In this document: in pieces, positions 25,828 through 38,825 of the stretch
Layout: every line of letters starts with the position of its first letter
Position numbering within the stretch: the stretch's first letter is position 1
Assembly (NCBI GenBank): GCA_964016885.1
Contig: OZ024746.1
Location: 68,262,001-68,326,000 of the forward strand
Direction of reading: 5' to 3'
DNA from: Eledone cirrhosa
Taxonomy: Eukaryota
DNA length: 64,000 bases
The notes under the pieces: generated by a model
Database searches by the model: none
The model's input: the letters and a program-made list of their open reading frames with translations, nothing else
Told to the model about the DNA's origin: nothing
Translations under genes and position numbers: made by a program

Positions 25828-26049
25828 ATTCAAAGATTTTCAATGGAATAAGTACAATTCTTAAAAAAATAAATATGGAAAATATGGGCTGGCATAAGCA
25901 AAAGCATCCATTCATAAATTACTGCCTCAGAAATCTCTCATCAAACCCATGCTAGCATAGAAAGCCTGTAAAAATAGTGATGATGATTAGCTGTCATATA
26001 TCTAAGTATATGACCATCACTAACAATCTGTTTTATCCTTTTCATAATT

Positions 26050-26345
26050 AGGTAGTGCCATTGTGTAATTTCTATTGTTTCCCTTCCTTTTGCTTGAAGA
26101 CCACCTTACTTTTTAATCTTAAATTCTATCTCAATATCTTCATTAAGCCTATAGTACACCAAGAGATGTTTTTGATCTTCATTCTTTACAAACAGCTTCA
26201 AGTCATCTATAAATAGAAGATGATTGATTTTCTTTTTACTGCCTAATCTTTCCTTATGCATGCACCCACTTAGAGCACAAAGAGTAAAGGGAACAAATTA
26301 TCATTCGGGAATATTCCTCAATTGATTTTCATATATTTTGTTACA
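26050..26345 (-). mobile_element. Degraded R4/Dong-like RT fragment
   Basis: Minus-strand translation gives GIFPNDNLFPLLFVL and KINHLLFIDDLKLF, matching GIFQGDSLSPLLFVL and INHLLFMDDLKLF of the 62426-64000 element. Confidence 0.78.
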
Positions 26346-26561
26346 TTTTTTTGTTATATTTATCATCACTACCTACTCTACTATTCATGAATAAAGAATT
26401 ATATAATTATTGTTGCATTTTTAATGTGATTTTCTCTTGCAACACTAAGCACAACTCCATGTGTTCCTCAGATATAAGTAGAGATATTATGTTATGCAAA
26501 AAACATGTGTATTTAAGTATACATAAATCAAAAGATTTTACATATAGAAAGGACTGTTTAA

Positions 26562-26769
26562 CCCTTTAGCATTTAAACCAGCAGTATCCGATCACTTCTT
26601 TCTGTTCAAACCGACTAACTAGCCACTCATACTGATGTTAAGGTATTGTTCTCAAAATAAATAATATCAAAATCTCATAATTTCACTATTATGTGAAATA
26701 ATTACGCGAGGTAAAGTGCCTAGCATGAAAATACAATTGTAAATATAGAGTTATGTAAATGCTAAAGGG
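26562..26769. mobile_element. piggyBac-type MITE, family 1
   Basis: Perfect 14-bp TIR ccctttagcattta / taaatgctaaaggg with TTAA on both sides (26558-26561, 26770-26773). Confidence 0.9.
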
Positions 26770-27169
26770 TTAAACAACAAGTATGGCACAAACAAACATA
26801 CAAGGAAGAGAATTTTAGTATTAGAGAGATTTTTAGCAGGTCAAATTATTGCATTGAGGCTCTATTTTTGAAGTTTAGATTTGTGGTTAAAGGAATAGGA
26901 ATCTACTGTATTTCTGTTTAACTAACCCAAATTCTACAATTATAATGTAGAAATCGTTTTACATTTAGATTAGGCAAAGCACCGTAAACTTGAACCTGTT
27001 TATAGAACCCCCCCCCCCCCCCCTCGTCACTCTAAATACCACTTTAAAGAATTAGCCCTTTACATATGGGAAGATAAATACAAGTGGTGTGTTAAAATAC
27101 TCTTTTGGTTGTGATTTGTTAAAGTCTGTACCAAACATGAGGGCTCATTAGTTCAGTGTTTATACTCTT

Positions 27170-27385
27170 TCTTTAGCATTAAGCAACTGGGAGTACAAGG
27201 ATGCCAGTCCATTGCAAAGTTAACTCCCAGTTACTGCTGGTACTCATTTTCAGCTGAGTGTACTGAAGCAGTGTGAAAAGAAGTGTTTTGCTTTAGAACA
27301 CGACAGACAACTCAATCCAGGAATCAAAACCACAAAATTATGATTGTAAATTCAACACCCTAACTACTTGCCACATGCCTCCACC
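27170..27385 (-). mobile_element. tRNA-derived CORE-like SINE, family B
   Basis: Reverse complement of gaaggcatgtggc...gttagggtgttg...ttgattcctgg...aaagcaaaacacttc; related to 61468-61720. Confidence 0.72.
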
Positions 27386-27400
27386 TTTCTAAAGGCTATG

Positions 27401-27562
27401 CCAGTCATGAACAAACTGCAGCCTGCAAGCCACATGTGGCCTGCTTGGCTTTCTGAATGGCAGACAATTTCAAAATTGCCTTGAATTTTTTAGTAATGCA
27501 GCCCGCCTGATGATGAGTTACATCCTATGCAGCCCACTGCTCAAAAAGGTTGCCCATACCTA
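27401..27562. mobile_element. hAT-type MITE, degraded
   Basis: caaactgcagcctgcaagccacatgtggcc...aaaaaggttgcccatacc resembles short hAT/Charlie MITE ends. Confidence 0.55.
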
Positions 27563-28454
27563 AGCTATGCTATCAATATTGAAGAAGCTTCAGTTAAATC
27601 ACTTTATTGTTTTCAGTATCTGCTTTAATTGACCAAACACTGAAAGCAAATCGAAGGTTATGTTTCACAATGATTAAAGACTCTAAAATGATATGACATA
27701 TTTTCCACATTTTTCTCTGATCTATACTTATGTTCTAATGTCCCTTTTTCTGTACCCAATAGACATTATTGGGATTACATTTTCATTTCTGCTTTTCATG
27801 TAAACATTTATAATACAGAATAGGAATAAAAGAACCACACAGCATAATTGTTTTCTTTAGTTCTTCAATAGCTGTTGTTTCATATCTCTACCTAGCCATG
27901 CAGGAGCAGATATGATACAACACAACAAAAGAATCTTATTACCATCTCTTACAGAAAAAAATTAAATAAAAAAAATTATAAATAAATGTTTGCTTTCATA
28001 TTCTACCAAAGGACAATCAGATATTCTTGTGAACTTTTGTAGTCAAGCCCATTTAAACAACACAACTTGTTTGTTTGTTTGTTTTTTCTCTTTCTCACAA
28101 GAAATGCATCAAGTGTTTTTAGAAAAATGGTCAATATTCTTATTGAGGTGGAAATCTTGAATATTCTTTCACAGAATTTGTCAAGATTCTAAACAAAACA
28201 CTATTCAGAAAGAAATTTCATATTATTTTGTTGTTTTATTTTGAATTAGGAAATGTATTGTCTTTTCCAACATAGAAGATGTGTTCTCTTTTTTAAATTA
28301 TATATATATATATATTCTGTAAATACTTAACCCTAAGTGTTTTTACAGTATTTGCCAATCTTTTGAATTTAATGAATATTTTGCTGGAATTGTAAAACTT
28401 TCATGGTTATCTTCAGCAATTTCAATTTTATCTAATGTGTATTATAATTAGTCA

Positions 28455-28640
28455 CTGGGGGATTGGCAGTATCAGTAGAAGGTCAGACGCCATGCTTTGC
28501 AGCATAGAGTTACGCCCTTTTATGGTGTGAGTTCAAATCCCGGTGAGGTTCACTTTGCCTTTCATCCTTACAGCGTCGATAAAATAAAGTACCAGTAATG
28601 TGCTGGGGTAATTGCTGGCCTTGTGCAAATAGTAGAAACA
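28455..28640 (+). mobile_element. Family A SINE with 14-bp TSD
   Basis: attataattagtca at 28441-28454 and 28641-28654. Confidence 0.92.
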
Positions 28641-28743
28641 ATTATAATTAGTCATTGACTTCTGTGTCTAGTTACACAATTATATGAATTTCTATAATCA
28701 GTTTGTCATTCTTATATTTTAAAGAATTGCTTATTGAAAACTT

Positions 28744-28845
<102 letters not shown>

Positions 28846-29904
28846 TGTGTGTGTGTGTGAGAGAGAGAGATAAAGTTATTCTAAGGCCATGATAATGCAA
28901 AATGGCCAGTAAATTTTGGAATATATTGAAGACAAGGAAAATGATAGTGTGTCAAATTTTATAGCAAGACACTTGTATGTTTATTATACAAAATTATATC
29001 TTATATCGGTTCATATACACTCCTATGATGAACCACGCTCTCTTAGTGTCACCTTGAATTACTATATATCATCATCATCATTGCCATTTAACGTCCATTT
29101 TTCCACACTAGTGGAAAGCTGACCCCAAGCTCCAGCAGTTTTATTTTGAACTTTGCAAGCTTCCCACCATGCATCACACAATGCATCGAATACTACGCTG
29201 ATTTGTGGGCTTCCTGTTTTTGCACTGCAGACACTCATTATATAGAGTGGGGGGGATTAAACTGATCCCAGTGTATTACTGGTACTGTATTTTATTGACC
29301 TTGTAAGAAGGAAAGGCAAAGCTAACCTTGACAGGATTTGCATTGAGAATGTAAAGGGTCATAACTATATGCTGCAAAGCATATTGACTAATGCACTACC
29401 AATACTGCTAATCCATCACCCACATACGATGATGATAATGATGATATATAGATGTGCATGTGTGTGTGCATGTGCATGCATGCATGTGTGTTAGTGTGTA
29501 TTTGCATGCTTATATGTGTGTGTTTATGTGTCCATTAGACATGTCAATAATGTCATCAATCTTCCAGCAAATAGAACAAGAAGTGCAAGGAACAAGAAGT
29601 TTTGGAAAAATTGTTATGTAACTAAGAAATCCTGCTGAGAAAGCAGACATATTGATGGAAAACAATATTTCTTTCCCAGAAAATGAAAAATAAAAGGATT
29701 TCTGAAACATTAATAACATTTGCAGTATACAGTAGATATAAAAACATTTCAAATTGTGTCTTCATTAAAATATTTAAAGTTGAACATGGTGTATAAAAAA
29801 TAATCATATTTTACAAAATAATCATATTTATAAAACAAATATTCATTGAAAAATTATTTCAATGTTTCAATGAACATAGATAAATAAATATAACAGAAAT
29901 GAAG

Positions 29905-29989
<85 letters not shown>

Positions 29990-29990
<1 letters not shown>

Positions 29991-30478
29991 TTAAGACTGG
30001 ATGCCCATGGGAACTTCTCTATGCTGATGATTTGGTTCTTATAGCAGAATCAGTAGAGGGGCTAGAGAATAAATTCTGGCTATGGAAACAGCAGTTGGAA
30101 TCAAGAGGCATAGAGTGAACATAACTAAAATGAAAGTGTTGATAAGTAGAAGAGAGGACAATACTCTGATTCCATCAGGGAAATGGCCATGTTCGATATG
30201 TAGGAAAGGAACTGGCATAAATTCCATAAAATGTATGCAATGCAGATCATGTGTACACAAGAGATGTAGTGGGATAGGAGGCAAACTAACGGGTAAGGAA
30301 AACTACATATGCAGTAGATGTACAGGGAAAGTTGGCAGTAGTAATCACTGTGATAGACTCATTTTTTCAATGCAGGTGGGTTCTATAGAAGTGGTTGATA
30401 GCTTCCAGTATCTAGGTGATCAGATTAGCATGGGGGGAGGTGTTCCAAGGCCATAGTATCTAGAATAAGGACGAGTTG
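29990..30478 (+). mobile_element. RTE-clade LINE internal fragment (RT core end plus PHD-like zinc finger)
   Basis: LYADDLVLIAESVEGL, then VNITKMKVL, CSICRKG...CMQC..CVHKRC...CSRC, then IEVVDSFQYLGDQIS; begins directly after (TA)n at 29908-29988. Confidence 0.85.
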
Positions 30479-30669
30479 ATGATTAGTTTTAGAAGTGCTA
30501 TGAGTTGGATTATTAGTTTTAGAAGCGCTATGAAGCTGTAAACTCCTAGTTTACAAAAGTTCTACAAATATGTAAGTTTTCTAACCAATGAGGGCATGGA
30601 AAAAATAAATTGAAAAGCTATTTAAAAAATATTATGCTCCATTTTGAAAATGGTTGTGTTCATTGAAAT

Positions 30670-30870
30670 TCTTAGAAAATGTAGAAATTTCACATGCAGA
30701 AAATAACTGAACATAGTCGATTGTTATAAATAATAGCTTAGAAAATCAGGTAAAACCCCTTACAGATGGGAAAAAGTGGCCAGCAGCCGCTATGAAGATT
30801 CAAACTTTGTACTTTGCCAATTCTGGTTATTAACAATTGATTGTGTTTCAGATTTCTACATTTTCTAAGA
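30670..30870. mobile_element. Unclassified MITE-like inverted repeat
   Basis: tcttagaaaatgtagaaat (30670-30688) and its perfect reverse complement (30852-30870), plus inner imperfect arms. Confidence 0.5.
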
Positions 30871-31214
30871 TGTCTCATGTTTTCTAGCTACATACTATAA
30901 TCTCTTACTAATCATACCCTAAGACTGTGCCTCCCCATGTAGGTTCCAAGCAAAACCATGGTTCTGTGAGATAAGCATGTCTTTTAATAAAATATATAGT
31001 CATATGTTGTTGTTTTATATATAAATATTCTCTCTCTAAGGTAATTTTAGTTTTATTTAATGTTTTATTAAAACTAGGATAAGGAATGTCCATAAAATAT
31101 ACGCACAGGTTTTACAACTTTTGGGAAAATATCATAAAAGGGATTCACAACAAAATAACTTTGGGATCCACAATTCTAGATATAACTAATGCTATTGGTG
31201 CACTATTAATTTAA

Positions 31215-31434
31215 CCCTTTTGATACTAAACTGTCCAAAACTGTCCCTGGTTCTATGTTGGAAAGCTGTTTGTTTTAAAATGTTTATATTTAGCTAAAAT
31301 CTTTTGTTAAGTTATGCTCGAAACAGCAGCTTAAACAGAAAATGATATATTTATTTTACTAAATCTATCCAAATTCCTGATAATTTTTTTAATTATCGGT
31401 AGTGTCTTTCAATGGAAATATGGTAATGAAAGGG
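31215..31434. mobile_element. piggyBac-type MITE, family 2
   Basis: TTAA|cccttttgatact ... ggtaatgaaaggg|TTAA; relatives at about 34665-34900, 40620-40845 and 49688-50153. Confidence 0.8.
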
Positions 31435-31818
31435 TTAAAACATATAACAATAGAACATATGTTATGAAATTTGTTTCTTAGATTTAAATGTCTTCCAGTT
31501 ACCAAACCATATGTGTATCTATCCTTAATGTCCATACATCAAGTGAGTGAGTGTGTGTGTGCTGCTTTAAAGCAGTGCTTATACACCAAGTTGTTGTTTG
31601 GACCCAGATCAGCTTTGATTAAACAGACATATAATCAAAAGTATTATAGCAATGAGCATCATGTATTTTTTCAGGCATTGTCTACAATAGACAAAATTAT
31701 TCAATTTTTTTTTAAAGATGATAGAGTGTGATTTCATAATTTCCCTGTTCCTACTATCATGCTGTGTAACCATCTAGAGTCACTTCTGTTGGCTCATCTG
31801 CATGCTAACTAAATATAA

Positions 31819-33789
31819 CACTGTGAAACAAACAAAAAATGTTCTCTGTTCCTGGCTTGTAATCACTTTTTTGTGTTGCTTAGGTCCCAAATAAATAAAA
31901 AAAAGTGCTATTAAACAGTTAAAAGTTTGGGTTTGTAAAAATTCTAAGCTATTCACTAGAATTATTTGTATGCTGGATTTTACGTTGTATGTAAGTTTAA
32001 TTTGCTTATGTTAAATGATTTGTTTATATATGTTTCAGGTTAAATTAAAATTATAAAATAAAGAGTAATACCTAAAGAAAATTATAAAAGTGCAATAAAG
32101 TATAAAATTGTTAAAAAGTGGATTAAAGAGATTTATTGATACTGGATTTTCACACCCTGAATAAAGGGTAAGTTGTGTTTTAAGCACAAATTTTCATTAG
32201 TATGATTAGTGTTCTTTTATATTATTTAAATATGTATTTCCCTTTCCAATATTTATTTTGTATTGCATATCAAATTTATTTTCCAAGACAAGTATTCTGA
32301 TGAAGAGGAGGAGATGGATGCTGAGGACTTGGATTACCTGCCTGAGGTACCAGAAAAAGTTCTTCACTTCCCAAACCAAAAAGAAGTCAATGACTTGGTC
32401 AGGGATATGGGTCTGACCAAGTCCAATGCAGAGCTATTCGTCTCCAGGATGAAGCAGTGGAATTTGGTCAAGGAGGAAGGGCAGGTGACAAGTCAGAGAA
32501 GTCGACACAAACCTTTCTCAGGCTTTTACACTCTTAGGGATGGCCTCTGCTTCTGCCATGACGTGCCTGGACTGTTTGACATCATTGGGGTGCCGTTTGT
32601 GCCCAAGGAGTGGCGGCTATTTATAGACAGCTCCACCACAAGTTTGAAGGCTGTCCTCCTCCACAATGGAAACAAGTTCCCGACACTGCCCCTATCTCCT
32701 TCAGTCTGCCTGAAGGAAGATTACTACAGTGTGAAAGTCCTCTTGGAAGCTCTGCAATACAACCAATACAATTGGGAAATCATTGGAGATTTCAAGATGG
32801 TCGCTTTCTTGCTTGGACTCCAAGGAGGCTTTATCAAATTCCAATGCTTCCTCTGTCTTTGGGACAGCAGAGCCACCTCTGACCACTACAAAAGAAAGTA
32901 CTGGGAGTAGCGAACTGAATTTGTAGTTGGGGCCCGGAACGTCATGTGGGAGCCACTGGTTGATCCCAGGATTGTGCTCATGCCGCCACTGCACATTAAG
33001 TTGGGGTTAATGAAGCAGTTTGTGAAGGCTCTCAACCAAGAATCAGCCACTTTTAAGTACCTTCTTGAGTTCTTCCCCAAGTTATCTGAGGCCAAAATCA
33101 AAGGTGGAATTTTTGTTGGACCTCAGATAAAGAATGTGTTTGAGTCTACTGAGTTCTCCAATAAGCTCAATTGGATTGAGAGAACAGCATGGAACTGTTT
33201 CAAGGCAGTTGTTAAGGGCTTCCTGGGCAACTACAGAGCTGAAAACTATCAGCAACTGGTGCAGGATCTGATAACGGCTTTTGGCGCCATGGGATGTAGG
33301 ATGTCGCTTAAACTCCATATGCTGGATACTCACCTGGAAAAATTCAAGGACAATATGGGCGCCTACTCAGAAGAACAAGGCGAACGATTCCACCAAAATG
33401 TGAAAGAGATAGAGTAGAGGTACCAGGGCCACTACAATGAAAGAATGATGGAGGATTATATCTGGGGGCTAGTGCGGGAATGCACCCTGGACTACAACCG
33501 CAAATCCAGGAAATCCAGTCATTTCTGATGTGTATAAGTTGCTTTATAAGTGTTATTTGTTTGCTTTTGTAATAAAATAAATATATATTCTGTTGATTTA
33601 ATTATATGAACTGATAAATTTTATAAAAATGTGTTTTTTGTTGAAAAATATGAAAATTTCGAAATATCAAACTCCTGACCACAAACCCAAACTTCTGATT
33701 AAATAATAGTATTTTTTTGATAATAATGGGATATAACAAACCATGAAATGACACTTAGAACCGGGGAACAAAAAATATATTACACGGTA
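31819..33789 (+). mobile_element. Chapaev3-type (CMC superfamily) DNA transposon, internally deleted
   Basis: TAA|CACTGTG ... CACGGTA|TAA (3-bp TSD at 31816-31818 and 33790-33792); subterminal inverted motif agtttgggtttgt / acaaacccaaact; encodes a DDE transposase. Confidence 0.85.
32288..33528 (+). pseudogene. Chapaev3-like transposase catalytic region, single frame with two in-frame TAG stops
   Basis: WRLFIDSS, SLKAVLLHNGN, GDFKMV, LGLQGG..KFQCFLCLWDSR, PPLHIKLGLMKQFVKAL, SEEQGERFHQ, RYQG; stops at 32908-32910 and 33415-33417; N-terminal zinc-finger region absent; putative intron gtaagt...ttttccaag at about 32168-32287. Confidence 0.88.
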
Positions 33790-34040
33790 TAATTAATAAG
33801 CAAATTTAAAAGTATCACGCTAGTGAATCACACAATATACGCAATAAGATATCTCATTTTTACTAAGTTAAGTTCAATGATTTATCCACCTGGTTACAGC
33901 TTTATAAGTAGTTTTTCATCCTAATTTAAAAAAAAAAAAAATTTAATGGAAGAAATTTTGTTTAGAATTTTAAAATAGCTTTTAATGTAAAATATATTTC
34001 TTACACACATGTTCAGTCAGATTTCTGTAACAATGGATTC

Positions 34041-34070
34041 ACTTACCTGAAATAGAAGAGAAGAAAGAAA
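34041..34070 (-). promoter_or_regulatory. Candidate recursive splice site (3' splice site abutting a consensus 5' splice site)
   Basis: Minus strand reads TTTCTTTCTTCTCTTCTATTT-CAG|GTAAGT; junction 34047/34046; no competing AG for about 45 nt upstream. Confidence 0.55.
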
Positions 34071-37000
34071 TATTTCAGAAAATTAATATATATCTATATA
34101 ACATCTTTTGGGGAAAACAGGTGTTTTATATGTTTGTGTGTGAGCGTGTGGCATATGTTTAAGTGTGTGTGAGTATGTGAATGTGTGTGTACATGCAATA
34201 TCATTTTGAACATGAAATCAAAATGATGGCTTTAACTGAATAAAGAATTTTGAAAATCTTTTGCTAAAAAGGAAAGCAAAGAAATATATCAAATAATATA
34301 CAGATTCTAAATTTCATTGAAATAAATCCCCATCATCTTCTTCAATCCCATACCTACAATTATGGGAACAAAGTGAGGCCTACTATACACTTTAGTTTGC
34401 ATTTTTTTTCTATACAACAATCTAAATGATTACTTTGGTATTTTAATTCTTGTTTTGAATTCTCCTCGTAGCTCATTTCACAACAGTGAATATTTATTTC
34501 TAGTTTGTTTGTGGCTATAGCCCAGCCTCAAGTCAACATAAGCATTGTGGGTGAAATTAGATGGATAGAAGCAGTTTGGAAGCCCATCAGCTGGACTATA
34601 CCTGTAATTCAATGGGCCAGACTTATCACACACAGTGTCATACTGATTCTCCTTGAAAATAATGTAAACACTTTTGACACCAATAGAGTCAAAAACAGCT
34701 CTGGGCTTATGAACCAAAACCACCTATTTTAAAAAGTTTCTATTTAAATTAAAATCTTCAAACTTAATGTTATCATAAGAACCATTTGTTACAAATACTA
34801 TCTTAATAATTAAATATTTAATAACTTCAGAAAATCTTTCTAAATTCTTCATTAATTAATTTAAATACTGTGTATTTCATGAGAAATATGGTAACGAAAG
34901 TAGATGTATCAGTAGAAAATTTAGCCACTTACATACTATTTAATGTGTAAGCTGTTTCATTCATAAATCAACTGAAACACTCCAATTGTTAAGATTTGCT
35001 TCCTTCTGGACCCTCTTTGGGATCTTGGATTCTCTTTGTGAATCTACCGAGGCTTCTAAAGACAGGTCACAGACACCTTGCCAGTTCTCACAGCAATGCA
35101 TAGAGATTGCTATATACTCTTAGAACAGGACCTTCTACCTGAGGCCTGAACATCTCCCTTATTTGCCCATGCAAAGGATAATGTGGTATGAATGCTTTCA
35201 TTGCATCTGACCATACTGCAGTTTTTGGTGGTCTCATTTGTTCCATTCATCAGAGTTTTCAACTTCCAATTTCACTCATAAAGCATTGTTCAATTTGAAC
35301 CTATATTAGACGGTGAAGTTGAACCAGAAGCACATGGATGCAAAGCCAGTTTCATAACCACACAGTCATTTAAACAACTTTTTTTTTTAAACATTTAGTA
35401 AAAAAAAACATTCTCTACTGCTTTTAAAAGCCAAACACTCTCCTTAATAAAATTGAAATTCAATAGTATTTTGTATTTTGTTTTCATCAAATAGAGATTA
35501 TTCAAAGAATTTTTATCTTGAAGAAAAACCTAGTCCAAACATTTCTTTGCCGCCAGCAGAAATGAAATAGCATTTTTTTAAAATTTGTTTTCTTCAAAGA
35601 AAATCCTTTTTTCATTTTAATAGAAATTAAAATATAGATTAATGTTCCTGAGGAAAGAAGTACAGATGAGAATTTCATAAATAGAAATAACCACAAGAAA
35701 AAATGTGCTAACTTGGATATCATTAACCTTCACTTTTTCAGAATAGCCAAAAGCAAAATCACTTGAAAACACCTTGACTCAAACTTTTTCGTTTATAAAC
35801 TTATCCCACTCTTCATTTAAGTGCCTTTACAGCAAGATATAAAGTTTGAATAGTAATATTTAGCAGCCATAAAAAATGCTTCGGGCTGATGTGGATTTGA
35901 AAAGGTTAAAGATACAATCACAAAGTAATATCCTTCTATTTGCTTGATAGAAATCAAATTATAGTTTGACTATGCAATGAAGTAATAATGTAAACTCTGG
36001 CATTAAATAGCATTGGATGATTAAATGTCTTTTATCATTATTGTTCCATAGGAAACATGAACTATTGTACATTTACACATAACAAAGGTAAAAAACGGTG
36101 TGTAGATAGATGCACAGCTGTTGCCATATTCAGAGGCTGCTTTATTGTCAAACATTTCCTTTATGTCGTATAAAAGGACAGGCTTCTGGTAAGCAGATTT
36201 CAATGGCAAATAAATTAGAAATCAGTTAACTATAGCACTGGCATATTGTGTAACCATCCAAGGGATTACATGTACTTTATATAACTGGACAAACAGAATC
36301 CAATCCTTGTTCGAAGATTAAGTTTCATTTGACTTTCTCTGGTCTGGCTTTAGTCTGGTTTTGTCTTATTTTATTTATATTTCATAAAGATTAATGAAAT
36401 ATTTAAGATACTAAACCTAACACTGCATTGTTTGCCCATGAATAATCGTTTTTTTGTTTGTTTGTTTTTTTTTCAGTATTCTGAATCATTCATGTTATCA
36501 GGATTTAATACTAAAGGCAAAAGTGTAGGCATGCCTGTGTGGTTAGTTAAGTAAAGATGTACCAGGAAATCTAATTGAAAAGAAGCTGTGAAAAATGAGT
36601 ATCATTGAAGACATAGGCAAAAGTGGTGAAAGCTGATCTCATGATGTTAAATCTCACAAAGGAGATAACAAATGAATGCAACATGTGGCAAAATGCCATG
36701 TTGGAGAGGACCCATCCAACCCATAAAATATAGAGAAACGGAGGAGTAAAGTTGGACCTCTATCAGTCCGAGGTTGGGTGTTCCAGTTGTTTGAACAACA
36801 GAATAGCCAGCTCATAAAATTAATGTGAATGTGGCTGAGCATTCCACAGATAAATGTACTTTTAGTGTAGTTCTCGGAGAAATTCAACATGACATACTAC
36901 ATGACAAAACTGGACCTTTGAATTTCAGTTACGACTCATTTTTGCCTACAGAGTTGACTGGAGCAATATGAAATACAGAGCACTGGGATTGAACTGACAG

Positions 37001-37924
37001 CCTTCTTAATTGTAAGCTGAACATCCTAACCACAAAGTCATGCAGCTTCACAGAGGAGTAGGAGGATTATTACATTATACATTATTCATTAGACATTAAT
37101 CATTCCTTATTACTAATTACATCATTACATTATTTGTTATTACTCATTATTCATAAAATTTAATCTTTGACAACATGAGCAAGGAGAATATAATCAACCA
37201 AGTCCACTTTAGTACATTACCATTTCTTATTAGAGAAAATAAATAATATGGCAATTGATTTTGGCAGAGTTGTTAGAGTGTTGGATATTTGTTCCAGGTC
37301 TCTGTGTTCTGAGTTCAAATCCTGTTAAGGTTCATTTTACTTTTCATACTTTCAAATTGATAAACTGATAAAGAAAGTACCAGACCAGTGTTAGTGCAGC
37401 TCTCTTTTTTCTTCCAGCAATTACATACTGGATGTTCTGCTAAAGCAGAGTGTTGAGAAAGTGTTGAGAGAGTGTTGAGAGAGTGCCGAGAGAGTGTTTA
37501 GTCTACTCTTGAAAGCATGGGCACCTAAATTGCTTACTGACTTAAAAAGTCATACTCAATGGCAAGAGGAGGCAGTAGTAGCATTATAGAAAATAGCATG
37601 TGATGTGTATGGCAACAAAATATAAATTTATAAATTTGATATAACAAAAACGTCAATGTAATACATCTTACCATCTCTCTCTCTCTCTCTGTCTGTTCTG
37701 ATACTAATACAAGCACCACCATCATTAATACTATAGCTACCGTCATTAACATGATGACAATGACAGTGATAACATACTAATGAGTGACAACTTGGGGCAT
37801 ATTAACAGAAGCATAAATAGTGTATTTCCCAACATTTCATAAAAACATACAACTTGACATATTTTAGGAAAAAAAGGCATAAAAGGATATATCAAAAACT
37901 AAGTCGTAGTTTATAATATACAAG

Positions 37925-38825
37925 TGTGTGTACATACATACATACATACATACACAAACATATACATACATGCATACACAAACACATACATACACAAATG
38001 CATACATGCATACACAAACACTTACATACATGCATACATACACAAACACATACATACACAAACACATACATGCATACATACATGCATACATACACACACA
38101 CATATATGCATGTACACATACATACAAACACACAAACACACACAAACACACTCATACATGTGTGTATATATATGTTGCATTGAAACACGTTAAAATTATT
38201 GATAAATGAGATATTGAATATCAACAACTCTGCCTCTGTGATTGTTTTTTCCACAAGCTATGATCAATATATATAATCATAAACACATACATATATATGC
38301 ATACATGCACACCACACATACAACACATACACATCACACACAAACACACACCACATATGTGCATACACAAGACAACACATCAAACAACGTTCACATTGAT
38401 ACACACACAACACATCACACATCACTCACACATCACACATCATGCACACACACCACACATACACAAACATCATTCACACAAACACCACACAAACACACAC
38501 AGCACATCACACATCATTCACACACACACACCACACACATACATCCACAAGACAACACATCACACAACGTTCACACGCACATACCACACACACACATCAT
38601 TTACACAAACACCACACACACACATCATTTACACAAACACACACGGCACATCACACATCATTCACACACACACACAGCCCATCAAACATCATTCACACAC
38701 ACACTACACATACACACACAACACACATACACACATCACACACACACACATACATACACAACACACACACATCACACACACACCATGCATACACCACACA
38801 CATACATACATACACACACATATAT
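37925..38825. repeat. (CA)-rich compound microsatellite/minisatellite fields
   Basis: Direct reading; explains the H/T-rich ORFs. Confidence 0.95.

Noticed and set aside
36052-36087. 36-nt plus-strand microexon candidate (ccatag|...aaag|gtaaaa)
   Set aside because: Only one open phase, ordinary splice signals expected by chance, no supporting neighbouring exons.
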